DNA from: Candidatus Heimdallarchaeota archaeon
Lineage (GTDB): Archaea; Asgardarchaeota; Heimdallarchaeia; JABLTI01
DNA length: 64,000 nt
Assembly: GCA_019058275.1 (NCBI GenBank)
Contig: JAHLVW010000061.1
Span: 1-64,000, forward strand
Reading direction: 5' to 3'
The notes beneath the pieces were generated by a model. It made no database searches. It had not been told where the DNA came from and saw nothing but the letters and a program-made list of their open reading frames with translations. Each line of letters opens with the position of its first letter. The first letter of the stretch is position 1. Positions 10,434 through 20,668 of this stretch are shown piece after piece. The translations under genes were made by a program, and so were the position numbers.

Positions 10434-10664
10434 ATGACTAAATATTATATAATAATTGAAAGAAAAGAATGTATTCAATGTGGTAATTGCTATGGATTAG
10501 ATCCATATCATTTTGAACCTGATGAAGAATATACATCTATAGTTGTTAATGGTGTAACAAATTCAGAAATTTCTAAGGGAGCTTTTGATGATGATAAAAT
10601 CTCATTAGCAAAACAAGCAGTAGAAGAATGTCCAGTAGAAATAATTTCTGTGAAAGAGCTTTAA
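10434..10664 (+). CDS. Single-cluster ferredoxin
   Basis: CIQCGNC ... CPVEII, 76 aa. Confidence 0.9.
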   Translation: MTKYYIIIERKECIQCGNCYGLDPYHFEPDEEYTSIVVNGVTNSEISKGAFDDDKISLAKQAVEECPVEIISVKEL

Positions 10665-10701
10665 ACCAATTTATGTGCACTTTCTTTTTTCATGAATGAA
10701 A

Positions 10702-11197
10702 TCATTTTAGATATTTTTTCTTCAAAGATTCACCAAATTCTATGGATTTTTGTAGTTCTTCTTCAGAAGGGTGACCTTTGTGTATTGAACCAGAACCCCA
10801 GTGAATGAATTTATAAACACGAACTATCGCAGTCGTTCTTTGACGATCTTTGCCCCTTAGCTTCAAGAATCTCTTCCATTCGTGTAAAAGCTATGTCTTT
10901 TTGGAGGATTTCTGTAACTTTCTTTTTCATAGGAAGTTCAGGACCCCCAGCAGTGATAAACAAGGCAACATTTTTACCTTTAATTGCTGCTGAATCGAGT
11001 TTCTTCATGAATTTCTTCCCAGCAGGACTAATTGTACTCATAATAAGCCATGTTCCAAAAACCATCAAATCATATTTTTTTAGATCTGGTATTTCCTTAT
11101 AGCTTACTAGTTCTGCTCCTAATCCTTCTGCAATTTTAGTTGCTACTTTTTTTGTATTTCCGCTTCGAGTATTATAGATAACAATTGCTTTTCCCAT
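10702..11197 (-). pseudogene. Flavodoxin-like protein (paralog of 5592-6089), frameshifted
   Basis: YNTRSGNTKKVA. Two 1-nt deletions near 10830-10856; the conserved tail GSIHKGHPSEEEL...YLK* resumes to TGA 10702. Confidence 0.85.
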
Positions 11198-11329
11198 AAC
11201 AAACACCGATAATGAAAATATAATAATATGTAAAAAAGTTGAAATCAAAAGAACTATTCTTTAAAACATTTTAAATTATAGTGCAAAAAATTTAAGTTAT
11301 AATTGTGAAAAGGAGCTATATGGGGAAAT

Positions 11330-12460
11330 GTGTGTAGAAGCATGTCTGAGGAAGCTGGTAGATCTCTTAAACCAATTATATTTACAGTAAGTATTATAGT
11401 TATATTAGTTGGCGCAGGATTTACTTATTTTATGACTCCTCTAAATAACGAGGAAATCAAAATAAAAAGCAGCAGTTTCTTGGATAATGATAACAATTAC
11501 TTTGCAGATACAATTCTGCTAACAATAGAGAATCAAGGCTTTCTCAAAGCAACAATTAATGAACTTTCTCTTTACCGAAATAACCAGCAATTAGATTGGA
11601 ATGATAATTCTTCAACTGAGATTTTACCAGATGAACTATTAGTTATTATATGTGAAGCTAGTAATGAATCTGAAGAATTACAATAACAAGATTATATAGA
11701 AGTTAATATTCAATATAATAGGAAAAATATTTCACTTAGTGTTAGAATAAGTCCTGAATTTAGCAATTTACCAATAGTATTTGGTGAGAATTTTGAAAAT
11801 ACTACATATTCATATAATAATTGGATTCCTTTCTTGTTTCGTAATCTAAGTGGGTCACCAATTCATGGAGGAGAAGCAGGTATATATTCTTGGAAAAACA
11901 AAAGAGATAGGATTGAACGCGATAGATGTTTTAGATGTACAACAAACAATTGCCAATTTATTTTTTTGAATGAAAGTCAATTCAATGATACAAATGTTAA
12001 TATTTCAGTTGATATTCTGAACTATGATGATGATGGTGCAGGAGTAATTTTCAGATATGATACTTCAAGTAATTATCCTCGATTTTACATAGTATGGTAT
12101 ACAGAAGATCATCCTTATCACACATCTGATTCTACCAATGCTGAAGCTCATCTTTTTAATTGGACAACTGCAGATGATAAAATCAATTTATACCATATAA
12201 CTTTGCACTATGTTGAAGGTTATGATGTAGGGAATGGTAATATTGGATTTCTTTGGACGAAATTAAATAGCACTTCTTACTTTATTGATAGTTTTTGGTA
12301 TAACTGGAGAATAGAACTTGAAAATAAGAAAACTAGAATTTACATAAATAATGCTAAAATTTTAACGTATAATGACACAATACTAATGACTGGTTCTATA
12401 GGTTTAGCTTCATTTGCAAATTATAATAGTAATTTTGACAATATCTATCTGTGGAATTAA
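11330..12460 (+). pseudogene. Membrane-anchored secreted protein with C-terminal ConA-like beta-sandwich; one in-frame TAA
   Basis: ORFs 11330 and 11834 are in one frame, separated only by TAA 11684-11686. DDDGAGVIFRY ... GSIGL ... FDNI. Confidence 0.7.
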
Positions 12461-12715
12461 AAACATTAGACATTGAATTCCTTAATGTAGATACTTAAAT
12501 AAGTAAAATTCCTTTGCTAAATTATTATCAAATTAATTCAAGTAATAACAAATTCCAAGGTTGTAATCAGCAAATTGAAACAAAAATCTCAGACTAATCA
12601 GCAAAAGGAAATAAATAAGGTTTTAAAGAAAAGATTCAGAAAAATAGATGATCCAAATTACTCCTTTTTTTGATGAAGAATATAGACGTTATACTTTTAT
12701 GAAACGAATACTACT

Positions 12716-13435
12716 TTGGTTTCTGGTTTACCATTATTTGCAATTGGTCTTATTCTTCTTATTTTAGGAAATATCCTAGGTATTATCCCTATCACTTTTG
12801 GAGGATTAGGAATTATGATGCTGATGTACCTCCCTATCCACATAATTGATAGAAGAAAATTCAAAGCTACTCTTGAGCTAAAAGAAAACAAGCTATATGA
12901 CAAATTATTGGAATTATCAAGAAAATATAGTGTGTCTAATGGTTACTTAGATCAAGAAAAAGCAAGATTAGCAACATATATTTTAGTTGATGCCAAATAT
13001 GAAAATATAGCCATAGTTTTAAAGGAACGCTTATCTCAACGAAAACCTTACAGAGCACAAGAAGTATTAAGAGCTTTTTATCTTCTAGCAATTAAACTTG
13101 GATATAATGATCACATAGACTTGTATTATGAATTAGAAGAAAGTCAAGGAATAAAACGAAAGGAATCTATTAATCAAGAAATTCTTGAAATTGTTGTTCC
13201 TATTACAAAAATATACTACCTTGAAGAACTACCTCAAGATGAAAAATGTATGGTTTCTGGTTTAACCTTAGATTTCTTCACAGATACTATAGTTGTATGC
13301 CTTTACTGCTCTACATGGGCTAAAAAGGACTTACTTGATTCATGGTTAAGTGAAAATGATTTCTGTCCAGTTTGCCGCAGAGAGCTTAAAGTCGATGATT
13401 GTCCAATAGTAGAAGTTAAATCAGATCTTAAATGA
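12716..13435 (+). CDS. Two-TM protein with C-terminal degenerate RING (SP-RING/U-box-like)
   Basis: CMVS...CLYC...W......CPVC. The true start is probably upstream (~12576), across two apparent compensating frameshifts. Confidence 0.7.
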   Translation: MVSGLPLFAIGLILLILGNILGIIPITFGGLGIMMLMYLPIHIIDRRKFKATLELKENKLYDKLLELSRKYSVSNGYLDQEKARLATYILVDAKYENIAIVLKERLSQRKPYRAQEVLRAFYLLAIKLGYNDHIDLYYELEESQGIKRKESINQEILEIVVPITKIYYLEELPQDEKCMVSGLTLDFFTDTIVVCLYCSTWAKKDLLDSWLSENDFCPVCRRELKVDDCPIVEVKSDLK

Positions 13436-13534
13436 AGATCATGTAATCATAATAGTATAATCCATTAGCAGAATTTAATTAATTTTGTCGAAAAGGAAAA
13501 CATTTTTTTATCATTATTTATTGATATCGTTATT

Positions 13535-14989
13535 ATGGCTGAAAGAATAATCTCATTTGACATTTTACGAGGTTGGGCTATCCTTGGTAATCTTATGGTT
13601 CACACCTTTATGCTAGTAAGCCAAGTTGAAGGCGTTGCGGAAACAAATCCATCTGAATTAACTACATTTGGTTTTATACTTATGGGGGTTGTTGTCGTAT
13701 TTGGTCATTGGCGAGGATTATTCCTGATGATTAGTGCTGCTGTTCATATGTTTACTATGCAACGAAAGCTAAAACAAGGTATTTCACGAGGAGTTATTCT
13801 AGTTCAAGAAGTGATTAAAGGTATTCTCTTATGGCTTTGGGCAATGTTCTTCTATGTTTTCTTAGCTCAATGGAGCATATCCAAAGGTTGGGTGGAAACT
13901 GGATCAGTAGTAATTGAATGGCAGGATGTTTACCATGCAGATGCATTTGTTAACATTGCTTTTGCCATTATATTATCAGCTATAGTTTTCTATATTTTAA
14001 CATCAAATGAGAAATTGAAGAAACCAATTGTTGGAGCAATCGTTTTCGCTGTAATTGGATGTTTATTTATTTTTCCAGCACCAACAATTCACGAAGCAGC
14101 TATAAACTTCTGGGGAGTTGATTTGCATGACGAATTTGGACACCTATACAACATAGGTGATAAAGGATGGTGGGATTATATTCTAAGATATATTGGAAAT
14201 CAATCTGTAGGACGGGAATCACCATTATTTCCTCACTATGCTTATAGTGCAGTAGGTTCAATACTGGGTATTTTCATTTCACAAGAAAAACCAAACAAAA
14301 AGAAATTCTTGTCATGGGGATATGGATTAGCTGGATTCTGTATGGTTTTCTCAGCATTCTGGTTATTTATTGTAGAAAAAATCCCAGAAGATCCATTTAG
14401 TTTAGTGGATTTCCATATACATCCAACTTGGTTTGTATTTGTAACAATAGGAATGTTACTAATACTCATTCTAAGTTTTATGGCAGGACTTGAGTTCAAA
14501 AACAAAATTAACTGGGACCGTCGTTTACGATTATCTAAATTCAGTCGCAGAGCAGGTTTCCTTTCGCTTTCAGTTTATTCCTTTGCTTCAATTCAAGCAC
14601 TCTTAAGGGTAGCATTGTGGGGTATAACACAACTTTTCGGTTGGTCTGATCCAGGTTTTCGAACTTCCTTTGGATTGTCTGTTGGATGGACATTCTTACT
14701 TATACTCCTTGAAATGGGATTATGGTTCTTCATTTTATGGATCTGGGAAAAAGTTTACTATGTTGGTTCATTAGAATGGCTGTTTGCTTTGGTTTTAAAA
14801 GCCCCATTTCAGAGAAAACAAGAAGTTAAGAAATCGATTTTTGGTGATTTCCTTAATGTAAGGGGTAGATTAATTGAACCAACACCTATACATTGGATTA
14901 CTCCTGAAACCACACTTGAAACAACATTAATGGATGACGAGATTGATACTCAATTCATTCAAGAAGAGAAAGCTCTACTAATTAATTGA
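13535..14989 (+). CDS. Polytopic membrane protein, DUF418/HGSNAT-like acyltransferase superfamily
   Basis: RIISFDILRG at the N-terminus, ~11 TM helices, GSLEW near the C-terminus. Confidence 0.7.
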   Translation: MAERIISFDILRGWAILGNLMVHTFMLVSQVEGVAETNPSELTTFGFILMGVVVVFGHWRGLFLMISAAVHMFTMQRKLKQGISRGVILVQEVIKGILLWLWAMFFYVFLAQWSISKGWVETGSVVIEWQDVYHADAFVNIAFAIILSAIVFYILTSNEKLKKPIVGAIVFAVIGCLFIFPAPTIHEAAINFWGVDLHDEFGHLYNIGDKGWWDYILRYIGNQSVGRESPLFPHYAYSAVGSILGIFISQEKPNKKKFLSWGYGLAGFCMVFSAFWLFIVEKIPEDPFSLVDFHIHPTWFVFVTIGMLLILILSFMAGLEFKNKINWDRRLRLSKFSRRAGFLSLSVYSFASIQALLRVALWGITQLFGWSDPGFRTSFGLSVGWTFLLILLEMGLWFFILWIWEKVYYVGSLEWLFALVLKAPFQRKQEVKKSIFGDFLNVRGRLIEPTPIHWITPETTLETTLMDDEIDTQFIQEEKALLIN

Positions 14990-15244
14990 TTATCAATTCA
15001 TTCTAGTCTCTTTTATTTGATGAAAGATAAAACTTCATTATTTTCTTATTTCCAGCATCATACTCATGAAATCGATTGAACACATCTGTGAAAATTAATT
15101 TTAATGTTTTTCACTTTAGAGCCAGTTAATAATAATTTTGCACATGTTGCCAGTTACAAATACTCGATTTAAAAGCAAGCTATAACTAAAATAAGTAATA
15201 CCTTTTCTTTGAAATTGATCATCTAATTTTAAAGGTGTGAGAAA

Positions 15245-15748
15245 ATGGATCTACTTAAATTAGCAAAATACAATAAATGGGCTGGGGATAAAACTAGAGA
15301 TGTTTTGAAGAATGTTTCAAATGAAGAATATTTACAAGAGTTAGGAGAACCATTCACTAAAGATCTTAATACTTTGCAAAAAATTATCGAACATTCCATT
15401 CGAAGACTTGAGTTTGTTCTAAATCAAATTTCAGTTGAATCAGATGAAAAACTCGAAGAAAATACTCCTAAAATGGAAAATCTTACTTTAGAGAAATCAA
15501 TTGAAAGATGGAAAAAAATTGATGAGGAATTAGCAACTTTTCTTAAGAATGAAGTAACTGGTACAGCTGAATTTCCAATATCAGGTAGAGAAGGGGTTGC
15601 TGTTGCTAAAGAGGATTTATTATTTATGTTCTTTAATCACACTACTTATCACCGAGGACAACTTATGTTAGCATTAAGTAAACTGGGAAAAGAAACTACA
15701 GGTACAGATTATATAAGATATATTTTTGCTGAAATGTTCAAGAAATAA
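15245..15748 (+). CDS. DinB-family protein
   Basis: YNKWA, NHTTYHRGQ. Confidence 0.88.
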   Translation: MDLLKLAKYNKWAGDKTRDVLKNVSNEEYLQELGEPFTKDLNTLQKIIEHSIRRLEFVLNQISVESDEKLEENTPKMENLTLEKSIERWKKIDEELATFLKNEVTGTAEFPISGREGVAVAKEDLLFMFFNHTTYHRGQLMLALSKLGKETTGTDYIRYIFAEMFKK

Positions 15749-15837
15749 TATAAAATCATTCTTTAATATCAACTAAGCAAATTACAAAAAATTTTACACT
15801 TATTTTTATATGGTTAACCAAAATTTAGAAAAGATTT

Positions 15838-16662
15838 TTGATATTCAGTGAAAAGAATTTCACGATTAAGTTGTTTGTAAAAGTTTCCCCAGAAAATCAA
15901 TGCAATTATAAGTTTCTTTTTGATGATTGGAAATATTTTTCTTTGACAGTCTATTATGTTTTGAAAAATAAATTAGGAGAATTAGTGGTTGATAATTTGA
16001 ATAATCCTACATATGCTAAACTCTCTCATTCCAGAACTTCTTTTATTGCTGGACTATATGACAAGAATATAGCAAATCAAATTCTAGAATCTCTCCCTCA
16101 AAAAACAGCAATAATATTTAGTGATAATAATTGGTATACACATGTTGAGGATTTTTTCAGTAAAAAACCTGATATCAAATTCGCATTTAAAGAGAGAACA
16201 ACTTTTTCAAGCGATTCACTATCTATCAAACATCTGAATTCATTGAAGAAATCCTTGCTTGAAGGATTTGTGTTGGATAAAGTTGATGCAAATGCAATTG
16301 AAAATTTGCCAAAAGAACTAACAGAGAACTATTCTGCATATTTTGGTTCAGCTGAAAAGTTCATGAAACAAGGATTAGGTTTCTATGTAAGATATGGAAA
16401 AGATATTGTTTGTTTAGCTTCAGCAGCACTTCCAATTATTGATAATTCATTGGAAATAGATATAATAACAATTGATGATCCACAATATCGGAGAAAGGGA
16501 TTAGCTACAGCAGCATGCATAGCACTTATAGAATTTTGTCTTAAAGAGAGTATAACACCTCATTGGGACGCTCAAGATGAACGTTCAGCAATTTTTGCTA
16601 AGAAACTTGGTTTTACTAAGCCTGTAAAATGGAAGCTATATTATTGGTATAAAAAACCCTAA
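15838..16662 (+). CDS. GNAT-family acetyltransferase
   Basis: YRRKGLA, PHWDA...S...A.KLGF. Confidence 0.85.
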   Translation: MIFSEKNFTIKLFVKVSPENQCNYKFLFDDWKYFSLTVYYVLKNKLGELVVDNLNNPTYAKLSHSRTSFIAGLYDKNIANQILESLPQKTAIIFSDNNWYTHVEDFFSKKPDIKFAFKERTTFSSDSLSIKHLNSLKKSLLEGFVLDKVDANAIENLPKELTENYSAYFGSAEKFMKQGLGFYVRYGKDIVCLASAALPIIDNSLEIDIITIDDPQYRRKGLATAACIALIEFCLKESITPHWDAQDERSAIFAKKLGFTKPVKWKLYYWYKKP

Positions 16663-16769
16663 TTATCTTAGAAAAATAGAGATATCAATAAAAGAAATTT
16701 TACAAATAATCCTATTTTTTCTTTGTAATACTAAAGATTTATTATTCTCAAGTTTCCAGTAGAATAATT

Positions 16770-18692
16770 ATGAAATCTGTTGAGACTATCTGTGAAAAAT
16801 ACGCAGTTCAAAATGCACTAGAACATGGTGAAGCACAGGTTGGTTCAGTAATGAAGATTATCATGAAAAATAATCCAGAATTACGAAAAGAAGCCAACAA
16901 AGTGAAAGAAATACTTGAGAGGAAAGTAGAATTTGTAAATACATTAGAACAATCAGAAATACAACAAATAGCTCAACAAAAATATCCTGAAATTTTAGTA
17001 GAGGAAATCACTGCTGAAGAAGATGATGTAGATTTCATTAGAAAGATTATCAATAAAGATAATAAAACAGGTAAATTTGGCGGTCGTGTCCGCACACGGT
17101 TTCCTCCCGAACCAAATGGTTACTTACACATAGGTCATGCAAAATCAATAAATCTGAACTATGGAATTGCAGAAGAATATGGTGGAAAATTCAACCTACG
17201 TTTTGATGATACTAATCCATTAACAGAGGAAATTGAGTATGTTAAGGGGATAATAGAAGATGTTAAGTGGTTGGGAGGAGATTTCGAAGACCGATTATTG
17301 TATGCATCAGATTATTTTGACCAATTTTATGAGTATGCCATTCAGTTTGTTAAAAAGGGAAAGGCTTACGTTGATGATCTAACAGTAGAAGAAATTCGTA
17401 AACAAAGAGGTTCCTTAACAGAAACAGGAAAAGAAAGTCCTTATAGAAATAGATCCATTGTAGAAAATCTAGATTTGTTTATTAGGATGAAGAATGGAGA
17501 ATTTCCAGATGGGGCTAGAGTTTTACGAGCAATAATAGATATGAAGCATCCAAATCTATTGATGCGAGACCCAGTTATCTATAGAATACTTCATGCAAAA
17601 CACCACAACACTGGTGATAAGTGGTGTATCTATCCAATGTATGATTGGGCCCATGGACTCGAAGATTCAATAGAAGGAATTACCCATTCAATTTGTACCA
17701 TGGAATTTGAAGTTCATAGAGAATTATATGATTGGTATCTTGACCAATTAGAGGATGAAAATGGTAAACCAATCTATCACCCACAGCAAATTGAATTCGC
17801 TAGATTGAATGTTTCTAATACTGTTCTAAGTAAGCGAAAGATGCTGAAATTGGTTAAAGAAGGATATGTAGATGGATGGGATGATCCTCGAATGTTAACA
17901 ATCGTTGGTTTAAAACGAAGAGGAATAACATCTGAAGCAATCTGTAATTTCTGCAAAGCAATTGGTGTAACTAAAAGAAAAACAGTCATTGATATCTCTA
18001 TGCTAAATAAGTTTGTTAGAGATGATCTTGACAAAAGTTGCACTAGAGTAATGAGTGTTTTAAAGCCATTGAAAGTCACAATCACCAACTATCCTGAAGA
18101 TAAAGGAGAGGAAATTAATGTGCCAAATCATCCTAAAGATAAGAAAATGGGAACAAGAAAAGTGAAATTTGCAAAAACGCTCTACATCGAACAAGATGAT
18201 TTCATGGAAGATCCACCAAAAGATTATCGAAGATTATCACCAAACAAAGAAGTGCGTTTGAAATATGCTTACTATCTTAAATGCGAAAAAGTGATCAAAG
18301 ATAAGAAAACGGGAGTAGTTAAAGAAATTCAATGCACTATTGATCCAAAAACCAAAGGTGGAATCTCTCCTGATGGAAGAGAAGTTGAAGGAACAATTCA
18401 TTGGATTTCAGCAAAACATGCAGTAAAGGCAGAATTCCGGTTATACAATGATCTTTTCACCAAAGTAAATCCTCTTGAGACAGAGGAAGGAAAAGACTTC
18501 ACGGATTATATAAATCCTAATTCTCTTGAAATTCTTCATGGATATGTTGAACCACAATTACAAAAAACGAATATCGGTGATAGATTTCAATTTGAACGAA
18601 ATGGTTTCTTTAACATCGATTATGAGTCCAAGAAAGAAGCTCTAATATTCAATAGAATTATCCCTTTGAGAGATTCATGGACAAAGAAGTAA
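16770..18692 (+). CDS. glnS: Glutaminyl-tRNA synthetase (bacterial-type core) with archaeal GluRS-like N-terminal domain
   Basis: [56 protein letters not shown]...LRDSW. Confidence 0.93.
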   Translation: MKSVETICEKYAVQNALEHGEAQVGSVMKIIMKNNPELRKEANKVKEILERKVEFVNTLEQSEIQQIAQQKYPEILVEEITAEEDDVDFIRKIINKDNKTGKFGGRVRTRFPPEPNGYLHIGHAKSINLNYGIAEEYGGKFNLRFDDTNPLTEEIEYVKGIIEDVKWLGGDFEDRLLYASDYFDQFYEYAIQFVKKGKAYVDDLTVEEIRKQRGSLTETGKESPYRNRSIVENLDLFIRMKNGEFPDGARVLRAIIDMKHPNLLMRDPVIYRILHAKHHNTGDKWCIYPMYDWAHGLEDSIEGITHSICTMEFEVHRELYDWYLDQLEDENGKPIYHPQQIEFARLNVSNTVLSKRKMLKLVKEGYVDGWDDPRMLTIVGLKRRGITSEAICNFCKAIGVTKRKTVIDISMLNKFVRDDLDKSCTRVMSVLKPLKVTITNYPEDKGEEINVPNHPKDKKMGTRKVKFAKTLYIEQDDFMEDPPKDYRRLSPNKEVRLKYAYYLKCEKVIKDKKTGVVKEIQCTIDPKTKGGISPDGREVEGTIHWISAKHAVKAEFRLYNDLFTKVNPLETEEGKDFTDYINPNSLEILHGYVEPQLQKTNIGDRFQFERNGFFNIDYESKKEALIFNRIIPLRDSWTKK

Positions 18693-18696
18693 ATGA

Positions 18697-19611
18697 GTGA
18701 TTTCTTTGAACGATGATAAATCAAAAGATGCAGAAGAGAAAGTTCAGGAGCTGTATTCTCAAGCACTTGATCATTACGAATTATATGAGTACGATAAAGC
18801 TCTTGACCTTTTACTCGAAGCTGAAATGAGTGATCAAAATAATATAGATATTCTAAGAGGAATTGCACAGATCTACTTAATGCTTAAAGGATTTAAAGAA
18901 ACCATAAACTATTGCGAGAAAACTTTAAAGATAAATCCAGAAGATGATGTAACACTAATTGTCTATGGAAGTGCTTATTTGCAACAAGGAGATTTCGAAA
19001 CTGCAAAGGAGTATTTCCAAAAAGCTGAAAAAATCAATCCAGAATCATTTGATGTTAATTTTAATTTGGGTGTTCTTCATATGAATCTCCGAAAATTCCA
19101 GAAAGCATTAGATTTCTTTCATAAAGCAGAATCTATAGATTCAAATGATGTATTCACAAAATTCTCCATCGCTGAAACATATGAAGATTTAGATAAAATA
19201 GATGATGCGATAAAATACTACTCGAAGGTTTTAGAATTAAGTTCTGATGCTTATCCAATAATTATGCGTTTAGCAGAGCTACATTATGATAGAAAGGAAT
19301 ATGAGAAGTCATTAGAATACCAAAAGGAATTTCTAAAAATATTCCCAGATGACCATCTTATAATAAATAATATTGGGTACACATATCTAAAAATGGGTGA
19401 ATTGGAAAAAGCACTAGAATTTATCAAGAAATCTATTGAAATAAACTCAGAATTTGCAGATGCATGGAATAGTCTAGGAGAATATTACGAAATAAAAGAG
19501 GATTACAAGAAAGCATTAGAACACTATCAAAAAGCTCACAGCTTGGATAAAGAGAATCCTGAACATAAAGAAGCAATCGAGAGAATAAGGAAAAAATTAA
19601 AGAAAAAATAA
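18697..19611 (+). CDS. TPR-repeat protein
   Basis: About eight consecutive 34-aa TPR units; starts 4 nt after glnS. Confidence 0.9.
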   Translation: MISLNDDKSKDAEEKVQELYSQALDHYELYEYDKALDLLLEAEMSDQNNIDILRGIAQIYLMLKGFKETINYCEKTLKINPEDDVTLIVYGSAYLQQGDFETAKEYFQKAEKINPESFDVNFNLGVLHMNLRKFQKALDFFHKAESIDSNDVFTKFSIAETYEDLDKIDDAIKYYSKVLELSSDAYPIIMRLAELHYDRKEYEKSLEYQKEFLKIFPDDHLIINNIGYTYLKMGELEKALEFIKKSIEINSEFADAWNSLGEYYEIKEDYKKALEHYQKAHSLDKENPEHKEAIERIRKKLKKK

Positions 19612-19652
19612 TCACATACTAACATGGGATTAACTAGATATTAATAATAATC

Positions 19653-20063
19653 ATGATAGGTGATTTTATGGCTCTATTTGTTTTAGTTTACGTTTGCAGT
19701 TTTTTTATGATAGGAAGGAATTTTATTTCTTTGCTTCTCAAAGTAATTGATCTGTTAAGTAATAAGAAAAGAAAGGAGATAAAAGAGTCAAAATCTACCG
19801 CTTTCAAATACATTGCTTTGATTTTTACAGCTGTATTAGGTATTATCTGTGGAATTGGGATGCTGTTTCCCTATCAAATCTTTGGATACTATCTATATTT
19901 CATCGTTTCAGGAATGATGATTTACTCTTATATTAGCTATGCTGGAATTACCTTTGAAAACAAACAATGGATTATGTTTATTGTTTCAATTTGTGTTACT
20001 CTTCTGATTATTGTATTGGCTTCACTACTAGCATTTTACATGGCTACAGGAATTATAGATTAA
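19653..20063 (+). CDS. Hypothetical 4-TM membrane protein
   Basis: Four hydrophobic segments. Confidence 0.7.
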   Translation: MIGDFMALFVLVYVCSFFMIGRNFISLLLKVIDLLSNKKRKEIKESKSTAFKYIALIFTAVLGIICGIGMLFPYQIFGYYLYFIVSGMMIYSYISYAGITFENKQWIMFIVSICVTLLIIVLASLLAFYMATGIID

Positions 20064-20081
20064 GGAACTAGATAGACATCA

Positions 20082-20561
20082 TTACTTTACTAACGATTTT
20101 TGTATGAAGATTATTTGCCCTAGGTGATAAGAATTATGTTGAAGAAGAATTTGTAAAATCTTGTATTTCTGAACATTTTTCCAATTAGGTGTTGGTTGAA
20201 ATAAATCAATATTATCGATTATCTTCTCAACATATGCTAATCCATCAAGAAACCGATTCCTATAATCTTCAAATTCGTTTTGATTACACTCATCTTTAGG
20301 AAATGATTTCAGTTTAATATTTTCTTTAAATGTTGAATCATCATCTTCTAGTAGTGCAATTATTAGCATTTGCCAAAAATACATATGGAAAAATATTTCC
20401 CAAATTGTAGATACTGTTGGAGCAATTCTATTATTTGCTATGTCAAATGGTAGTTTTTGAATTACTTCATTTGTATAAAGGTGAGTGTCTCCACCGATAA
20501 GACCATCTTTCAAGTGAAACCTAAATTCTTCGATTTGCTTTTCCAAAGTTGTTTTCCTCAA
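20082..20561 (-). CDS. DinB-family protein
   Basis: TIWEIFFHMYFWQ, HNSYHLGQI. Confidence 0.88.
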   Translation of the reverse strand: MRKTTLEKQIEEFRFHLKDGLIGGDTHLYTNEVIQKLPFDIANNRIAPTVSTIWEIFFHMYFWQMLIIALLEDDDSTFKENIKLKSFPKDECNQNEFEDYRNRFLDGLAYVEKIIDNIDLFQPTPNWKNVQKYKILQILLQHNSYHLGQIIFIQKSLVK

Positions 20562-20668
20562 ATTAATGTTACAATATTTACAAATAAATCATTTTAATAT
20601 TAAAACCAAGAATAACAAATAGAATTTTAACCATATATCGCATTGTGTCAATATAAGGGTGATTTGTT

